Assembly (NCBI GenBank): GCA_963678065.2
Contig: CAXXVZ010000003.1
Span: forward strand, 608,001-672,000
From: Treponemataceae bacterium
GTDB taxonomy: Bacteria > Spirochaetota > Spirochaetia > Treponematales > Rectinemataceae
Direction of reading: 5' to 3'
Length of the DNA stretch: 64,000 nucleotides
A program made the translations under genes and the position numbers. The notes beneath the pieces are model-generated. The model was not told where the DNA came from, did not search any database, and was given only the letters and a program-made list of their open reading frames with translations. Below are positions 57,868 to 64,000 of this stretch, one piece after another; the stretch's first letter is position 1; each line of letters begins with the position of its first letter.

Positions 57868-59114
57868 GCCCGGCTCCTTTTTACGAGGTCGATGAATCTG
57901 TCTATGAGGAATTCCGTATCCCGGGGGCCGGGACAGCCTTCGGGATGGAACTGGACGGCGGAGAAGAGGCCGTCCGAGGAGCGGATACCCTCGATCGTGC
58001 CATCGTTGGCGTTGAGAAACCAGGGTTCCCAACCAGCGGGGAGGGTGTTGCCCCGGACGGCGTAACCGTGGTTCTGACTCGTGATGTAGCAGCGCTTCGT
58101 TCCCACCTCGACGCAGGGCTGATTCTGGCTACGGTGGCCGTATGGCAGTTTGTACGTGTCGGCTCCCGCGGCGAGGGCGAGGATCTGGTTGCCGAGGCAG
58201 ATGCCAAAGACCGGCTTGCGACCGCGGAGGCTCCGGCGCAGTGTGGCGATCGTCTTTCCGCAGGCCTTCGGGTCCCCGGGGCCGTTGGAGAGGAAAATTC
58301 CATCGTAGTCGAGTCCTTCGAGATCGTGGTTCCAGGGAACTTGGATAACGCGGACTTTGCGGGCGAGGAGGCAGCGCAGGATGTTGGCCTTGGCTCCGCA
58401 ATCCACGAGAACGATGGTGGGGACACCCGGGTCCGTTGCGCAAAGCTGTCCGGCAGTCTCCGCCGCGGGGTGGGGGATGGTCGTCCCTCCTGCTCCCTGC
58501 GAGAGCGGGAATTCCGCGACTGTTCCGCTCGAAGGGTCGTAGATGCGGACTGTCTGGGGCGAGACTTCGGCGACAGGGTGGCCCTGAACTCCGGCGTGGG
58601 CTGACATTCCCGGGCTGCCGGGCTGCCGCGTCTGTGCCCGGACATCGCCAGGACAGTCCTGCGCGCCATCCCCACCGATAAGGATCCTTCCGTTCATGAC
58701 TCCGCGGTTGCGGAGCAGCTTGGTCAGGGCTCGCGTGTCGATGCCGCCGATGCCCGGGATACCCTGGGCGTCCATCCAGTCGGCGAGGGTTGTCGAGCAC
58801 GCAAAATGACTTGGCTCAGAGCATACTTCCCCGACGATGAAGCCCGCGGCCTGGATGCGATCGGACTCGAATTGCAGAGGTATTCCGTAACAGTCCCTGC
58901 GGAATTCGGGAACGCCGTAGTTTCCGACAAGGGGGAAGGTGGAAACGAGAATCTGTCCTCGAAAGGAGGGATCTGTGAGGTATTGCGGGTAGCCAGTCAT
59001 GCCGGTCGTGAATACGACTTCGCCGCTGACTGAAGCGGATTTTCCGAAAGACAGACCCTCGAAGCACGTTCCGTCTTCAAGGACGAGCCGGGCTGGAATT
59101 TCTTCTCTCTGCAA
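57864..59114 (-). CDS. carA: Carbamoyl-phosphate synthase small subunit
   Basis: GEVVFTTGMTGY, LTDPS, LSNGPGDP, FGICLG, SQNHGYAV, QFHPE. Confidence 0.96.
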   Translation of the reverse strand: MQREEIPARLVLEDGTCFEGLSFGKSASVSGEVVFTTGMTGYPQYLTDPSFRGQILVSTFPLVGNYGVPEFRRDCYGIPLQFESDRIQAAGFIVGEVCSEPSHFACSTTLADWMDAQGIPGIGGIDTRALTKLLRNRGVMNGRILIGGDGAQDCPGDVRAQTRQPGSPGMSAHAGVQGHPVAEVSPQTVRIYDPSSGTVAEFPLSQGAGGTTIPHPAAETAGQLCATDPGVPTIVLVDCGAKANILRCLLARKVRVIQVPWNHDLEGLDYDGIFLSNGPGDPKACGKTIATLRRSLRGRKPVFGICLGNQILALAAGADTYKLPYGHRSQNQPCVEVGTKRCYITSQNHGYAVRGNTLPAGWEPWFLNANDGTIEGIRSSDGLFSAVQFHPEGCPGPRDTEFLIDRFIDLVKRSRA

Positions 59115-59295
59115 ACGATATCTCCTTCCGGTGGATATCGTCTACAGTGAATCGATGAGCCACCGGTTCGCCACCAGGGAGTCCCGCACGTTTTCCACGG
59201 TCTCCTGATGTTGAATGAAGATACCGAAATTTCTGTATTTTATGCAATACCCTTTCGATATTCCCGATTACCCAGCATTCTGGCTTTGCGCTTTC

Positions 59296-60192
59296 TCAAA
59301 GTTTTTCCACGGAGTAGGCGACTCGCGTAGCGTGCGAGGTGCCCGAGAGGAGGGTTATGCGCCCGTCGAGGCAGGTCGCGGTCTCGACGCAGAGAAATTC
59401 CTTCCACCCTTCTCCGATCTCGGCATTTTTGCCTGCCGCAGCAGCCCAGGGATTCCAGACGACAGTGGCCCCGGAGCCGGATTTTTCGACGCGTATCTTC
59501 CGTCCCATGACCGGGTCGACGATGGCGCAGGAGGCAGGATCGCGCATGTATGCGTTGACAGTTTCGCCCGAGAGGACGAGGGTGCCGTGCTGGACCGCCC
59601 GTGAGTCTGACTTCATCCTGTCGATGTAGGCCACGCCGTCCATGCCCGTCACTTCGGCCTGGGCGGGATCTCCGACCTTGAAATACGTGTGCAGGCAGTC
59701 TTCGTACGTGAATGGCTCGCCGCCTGTGTTGGTCGCCTCGAGTTCGCACTCGAGAGTCTTCCCCACAGTGAAGGTCATGCCGAGGCGGAAGTCATGGGGC
59801 CAGTAAGCGCGGGAAGCGCCGTCGGAAGCCGTCGAGAGCGCAATCCTCGTCCGTCCGTCGGAGAGTGTCGCGGTTGAACGCAATTCCCAGACCCTGTAGC
59901 GGACGAAACCGTGGACGGGAAAAGTTTTTTCGCTGCGATGAGGGCCAAACCAGGGGAAACAGACGGGGACGCCGCCGCGGATTCCCTTTCCGATCTCGAA
60001 GGGGCTCGCAGGGCTCACCCACAGGACCGGCTCTTCGCCCGCGGGCCTGAAATGGGTCAGGTGGCCGGCATAGAGCATGAGTTCGGCTTCGGCGTGGACA
60101 TTGGTGACGCGGATTACGGGAAGTCCGCCCGGACCTTCGGAGATGCTCAGAGTCCCTGGCAATTCGAATGCTTTCAGATCCTTCAGTTCCAT
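59296..60192 (-). CDS. D-hexose-6-phosphate mutarotase (YeaD-like)
   Basis: IRGGVPVCFPWFG, HGFVR, LHTYF, VVWNPW, FLCVE. Confidence 0.92.
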   Translation of the reverse strand: MELKDLKAFELPGTLSISEGPGGLPVIRVTNVHAEAELMLYAGHLTHFRPAGEEPVLWVSPASPFEIGKGIRGGVPVCFPWFGPHRSEKTFPVHGFVRYRVWELRSTATLSDGRTRIALSTASDGASRAYWPHDFRLGMTFTVGKTLECELEATNTGGEPFTYEDCLHTYFKVGDPAQAEVTGMDGVAYIDRMKSDSRAVQHGTLVLSGETVNAYMRDPASCAIVDPVMGRKIRVEKSGSGATVVWNPWAAAAGKNAEIGEGWKEFLCVETATCLDGRITLLSGTSHATRVAYSVEKL

Positions 60193-60230
60193 GTTCTGCT
60201 CCTTCGCCGGAACAAGTCCGGTCTCTTCAA

Positions 60231-60746
60231 TTATCGTTCAGGATTGTCGGGATAAAGACGGCGCGAGGCGAGCTCGACGGCGTCGACGATCTGCTGGTAG
60301 CCTGTACAGCGGCAGAGATTGCCCGCGAGGGCTTTCCGAATGGCATCCCGGTCCGGCCGCGGGTTCCGCCTGAGGAAGGCGTAGGTGGTCATGACCATGC
60401 CCGGAGTGCAGAAGCCACACTGGATGGCGCCAGAGTCGATGAAGGACTGCTGGATGGGATGAAGCCCTGCTTCCGGCGAGCCGAGCTCCTCGATGGTGAT
60501 GATCTCCTTGCCGAGGACGGCGCTGACCTTGGTGGTGCAGGAACGCCGCGCCATGCCGCCGACGACCACTGTGCAGCTGCCGCAGGCGCCGATGTCGCAG
60601 CCACGCTTCGTTCCCGTAAGGTCGAGGACATCGCGCAGATAGTCGATGAGAAAGAGGTCGAGTTCCTCTCCGCCGGGGATGTGGTCCCGGCCGTTGATCC
60701 TTACCGCGTCGGCCCGGACCGGAGTTCCGTTTTCGGAGTCTGTCAT
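60231..60746 (-). CDS. Xanthine dehydrogenase/CoxS-family 2x[2Fe-2S] subunit
   Basis: GCDIGACGSCT and QCGFCTPG...NLCRCTGY. Confidence 0.93.
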   Translation of the reverse strand: MTDSENGTPVRADAVRINGRDHIPGGEELDLFLIDYLRDVLDLTGTKRGCDIGACGSCTVVVGGMARRSCTTKVSAVLGKEIITIEELGSPEAGLHPIQQSFIDSGAIQCGFCTPGMVMTTYAFLRRNPRPDRDAIRKALAGNLCRCTGYQQIVDAVELASRRLYPDNPER

Positions 60747-63004
60747 GCGAGCTCCTTGGGATCGATCCTGATCGGAAGGCTGGTGAAACGGATTCCCGTC
60801 GCGTTATACACGGCATTGGCTATGGCCGCAGTCATAAGCTCGAGGGCGGGCTCCCCTATGCCCTTGGCTCCGGTGGGGGAAGTGGGATCGTAGTTTTCGA
60901 CGATGATGCCGGTGATCTCCGGCATGTCCCTCGCCTTCGGAATCCTGTAACTGTTGAAGTTGAGGTTGTGTATCCGGCCTCCCTCGATGCCGATATCTTC
61001 CATAAGAGCCTGACCCGTGGCCTGTGCGATGCCACCGTACATCTGGCCGAGGATCATCGGCCTGTTGACCGCCTTGCCGATATCGTGTCCCGCCACCATG
61101 TTGATGAGCCTCACGGCGCCTGTCTTCCTGTCCACCTCGAGTTCGACGGCCTGGCAGCTGTAGACATAGGTGAAGTAGGCCTCGCCCTGGCCGGTCTTTT
61201 CATCCCAGGAAACCTCGGGCGCGCGGAAAGAGCCAAACGCGTAAGGGTAGACGCACATGCCGTGGAGGAGCTTCACCGCCTTCTCCCAAGGGATGCTGGC
61301 CCCTAATGGCGAGGCGAGGCAGTCGTTCGCGAAGGCTACTTCTTCGGGCCTGCATCCGAGCTCGCCCGCGAGGGCGTCCGACATGATCTTTTTCAGATTG
61401 CGGGCGGCGACCGCGACAGCCCCTCCGCCCATGAGGGTGCCGCGGGTCGCGACGGTCGTGCCGCCGTCCGGAATGTTCGAGGTCGAGGGTTGGCGGTAGC
61501 GGATCCGCGAAACCGGCACACCGAGTTCCTTCGCCAGAATGAGTATCTGGGCGGATTCCGCGCCCTGTCCGTTCTCGTGGATGGCCGCCTCGAGGAGGAT
61601 GGAGCCGTCCTGCTGGCAGTTCACGATGGCGCAGCAGTAGTCCATGCCCTCGGCTCCGAGGCTCGCGCCGCGGTAGCTCGTCGCGATGCCGATGCCGTAG
61701 AGTTTCTCCTCCCCGGCGCGCCCTCGCGAAGAGCGGGCGAATTTCTGGTCGAAATCTATCTTCGCCGCGACCTTGTCCATGACAGATTCCAGGCTGACGG
61801 TGTGATTGTCGAGAACCTGCCCGGTTATCGTCGTCGAGCCCTGCTTGACCATGTTGATCCTGCGAATCTCGAGGGGCGACAGCCCGAGCCTCTCGGCGGC
61901 CATGTCCATGAGCTGTTCCACGGCGAAGTGGACCTGGGGGGCGCCGAAGCCGCGCATCGCTCCCGTGAAGACATTGTTCGTGGCGACCGCGCGGATGTCC
62001 ATGCGGACATTGTCCACCATGTAGGGTCCGCAACACTGGGCGGTGCTGCGCCAGTTGACCCAGGGAGTGACCGAGAGGTAGGCGCCTGAATCCGCGAGCA
62101 TGTCGATCTCCGCGGCGCGCAGGCGGCCGGATTTTTCAAAACCGAGCCTGTAGGTGAGACGGTAAGGATGACGTTTGTAGCTCTCCCGCATCGACCACTC
62201 GCGGTCGTAGCGGATCTTGACCGGCCTGCCGGTGATCCGCGCCGCGAGGGCGGCCCGGGCGCAGATGATGGCCGCCGTGTCATCCTTGCCGCCGAAGCCT
62301 CCTCCCATGACGACATTGAACACTTCGATGTCGGCCAGAGGCTCCGCGAGGATGGCGGCGACGAAGCGCCGGGTGGAGTAAGGGTGCTGCATGCTCCCGT
62401 AAATCCCCATGGTGCCGTCGGGGCGGGGAAGGGCGAGGGCGGCCTCGGGCTCCATGTAGGCGTGTTCGACGTGCTGGGTCCTGAAAGTTTCGGCGACAAC
62501 GAGATCGCAGGATGCCATCGCTCCGGGAGCATTCCCGCGCCTGACACAGCCGTGGTTGACCAGATTCGTGTCCCGACCTTCGAGGATGCGCGGAGCGCCG
62601 GAAGAGAGGGCCAGCTCGGGGTCGGTGAGCGCAGGCAGCTCCTCCGCGTCCATGGCGACGAGTCGCGCCGCGGCTAGGGCGTGAGCCCGCGTGTCCGCCA
62701 CCACGAGAGCCGCGACATCCCCCTCACACATGATCGAGTCGGAGACGAGCATCGCGTAATCCTGCTCGATCTGGCCATACTTCGCGCTGCCAGGGATGTC
62801 CTTTGCAGTCAAAACGCGGACGACGCCTGCGGCTGCCTTCGCCTTTGCCGTATCGAGGACGAGGGATTTGGCCCTCACCCAGGGAGTGTAGACGGGTACT
62901 GCGTGCAGCATGCCGGGCGCTTTGAGATCGTCGGTGTATTTGGCGCGGCCCGTGACTTTTGCCGCCGCGTCGTTTCTGAAAACGGATCCCTCCGGGTATC
63001 GCAT
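60743..63004 (-). CDS. Xanthine dehydrogenase family molybdopterin-binding subunit
   Basis: KVTGRAKYTDD, EHAYMEPE, MGGGFGGK, AMRGFG, GAKGIGE. Confidence 0.93.
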   Translation of the reverse strand: MRYPEGSVFRNDAAAKVTGRAKYTDDLKAPGMLHAVPVYTPWVRAKSLVLDTAKAKAAAGVVRVLTAKDIPGSAKYGQIEQDYAMLVSDSIMCEGDVAALVVADTRAHALAAARLVAMDAEELPALTDPELALSSGAPRILEGRDTNLVNHGCVRRGNAPGAMASCDLVVAETFRTQHVEHAYMEPEAALALPRPDGTMGIYGSMQHPYSTRRFVAAILAEPLADIEVFNVVMGGGFGGKDDTAAIICARAALAARITGRPVKIRYDREWSMRESYKRHPYRLTYRLGFEKSGRLRAAEIDMLADSGAYLSVTPWVNWRSTAQCCGPYMVDNVRMDIRAVATNNVFTGAMRGFGAPQVHFAVEQLMDMAAERLGLSPLEIRRINMVKQGSTTITGQVLDNHTVSLESVMDKVAAKIDFDQKFARSSRGRAGEEKLYGIGIATSYRGASLGAEGMDYCCAIVNCQQDGSILLEAAIHENGQGAESAQILILAKELGVPVSRIRYRQPSTSNIPDGGTTVATRGTLMGGGAVAVAARNLKKIMSDALAGELGCRPEEVAFANDCLASPLGASIPWEKAVKLLHGMCVYPYAFGSFRAPEVSWDEKTGQGEAYFTYVYSCQAVELEVDRKTGAVRLINMVAGHDIGKAVNRPMILGQMYGGIAQATGQALMEDIGIEGGRIHNLNFNSYRIPKARDMPEITGIIVENYDPTSPTGAKGIGEPALELMTAAIANAVYNATGIRFTSLPIRIDPKELA

Positions 63005-63229
63005 CGGGTACTCCTTGCTTAGCGATAGTACAGGTTTATCGTGTCGCGATCAACAACGAATACTTTGTCTCTGCCATCCTGCGTGCCCGGGAAAATTCCT
63101 GAAAATAGTTTCTTTTAATAGAAACATATTGCCACGCGCATACCTTCCATGGTAAAACCGGACACAATCTGATGTATCTATTCAAAGAAACAAAAATGAT
63201 TCTGTCGCGAAGAATCCGAGGAGGCCGGA

Positions 63230-64000
63230 ATGTCGATCATCGAAAAGAAGCCGCGGACACCGATCCGCATCACTCTGTCCGAGGCTGAGATGCCGCGCCA
63301 GTGGTACAATCTGGCCGCCGATTTTACCACTCCCATGCTCCCGCCCCTTGGTCCGGACGGAAACCCGGTGACGCCCGAGATGATGTCGGCCATCTTCCCC
63401 ATGAACCTGATAGAACAGGAGATGAGCAGCGAGCGGCACATCGACATTCCCGAAGAAGTTTTGGAGATACTGTATTCATGGAGGCCCTCTCCCCTGCACC
63501 GCGCGGTGGCTCTCGAGCGCGCCTTGAAGACGCCGGCGCGCATCTACTACAAGAACGAAAGCGTGTCGCCCGCAGGAAGCCACAAACCGAATACTGCCGT
63601 GGCCCAGGCCTATTACAACAAGGTCGCAGGGGTCAAACATCTGACCACCGAAACCGGAGCGGGGCAGTGGGGGAGTGCGCTGTCTTTCGCCTGCTCCCTC
63701 ATGGGGCTGAGCTGCCGCGTCTACATGGTCAAAGTGAGTTTCGAGCAGAAACCCTTCCGCAAACTCATGATGAACACCTGGGGCGGAGAGTGCATCCCCA
63801 GTCCGAGCACCCGGACAAAAGCCGGGCGCGATGTCCTCGCGAAGGACCCCGACTGCCCAGGCAGTCTCGCGATAGCCATCAGCGAGGCCGTGGAGGATGC
63901 GGTCTCCGATTCGAGCGGGAAGACAAAGTACGCTCTCGGATCCGTCCTCAACCACGTCATGCTCCACCAGACTATCATCGGCCAGGAGACTATCGCGCAG
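63230..64000 (+). CDS. trpB2: Tryptophan synthase beta-like protein TrpB2 (3' end outside window)
   Basis: Translated by hand (absent from the ORF track): MSIIEKK...[13 protein letters not shown]...[17 protein letters not shown]...[12 protein letters not shown]...[16 protein letters not shown]. Confidence 0.92.
   Translation, partial: MSIIEKKPRTPIRITLSEAEMPRQWYNLAADFTTPMLPPLGPDGNPVTPEMMSAIFPMNLIEQEMSSERHIDIPEEVLEILYSWRPSPLHRAVALERALKTPARIYYKNESVSPAGSHKPNTAVAQAYYNKVAGVKHLTTETGAGQWGSALSFACSLMGLSCRVYMVKVSFEQKPFRKLMMNTWGGECIPSPSTRTKAGRDVLAKDPDCPGSLAIAISEAVEDAVSDSSGKTKYALGSVLNHVMLHQTIIGQETIAQ

Noticed and set aside
54764..58800. Arg/Pro-rich 200-400 aa ORFs within carAB
   Set aside because: Off-frame artefacts of GC-rich coding sequence.
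59115..59295. Possible ARG boxes or riboswitch upstream of carA
   Set aside because: Only degenerate matches (TGAATGAAGATACC, TGTATTTTATGCA); no convincing pair or RNA motif.
1..64000. tRNA, rRNA, IS elements, integrases, prophage or defence systems
   Set aside because: None recognised by eye; intergenic gaps are short. Small ncRNAs cannot be excluded without a covariance-model search.

Overview
A gene-dense bacterial window, probably from an anaerobic spirochaete: the lipoprotein signal looks spirochaetal and the gene content is fermentative, but taxonomy is inferred, not proven. About 52 CDSs; no rRNA, tRNA, CRISPR array or transposase was recognised. The left two-thirds is a run of catabolic cassettes: (i) tandem QueG/RdhA-like Fe-S proteins + U32 protein + sugar ABC; (ii) YheO-type regulator, TldD/TldE, OppABCDF, PatB, amidohydrolase, ornithine cyclodeaminase; (iii) a glycyl radical enzyme with an unusual CWE active-site loop, its activase and a URO-D-fold protein; (iv) MlrC, D-TA-family PLP enzyme and Rid protein; (v) LarA-like epimerase, XylR, isomerase, kinase, aldolase, ABC, GH36, GH127, LacI. 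The right third holds housekeeping genes: GT4, ferredoxin, deacetylase lipoprotein, araA/araB and regulator, EamA, crcB, carAB, mutarotase, a Mo-hydroxylase pair and a partial trpB2. The standout is an overlapping four-gene operon at 41474-46149. In it, a DUF2207-like membrane protein ends in a predicted cytoplasmic 9x Ala-Cys-X-X (mostly ACHS) tail and directly overlaps a radical SAM/SPASM enzyme with a PqqD/RRE-like N-terminus. This suggests RiPP-style radical modification of a membrane-protein tail. All family assignments come from motif recognition by eye; no searches were run.
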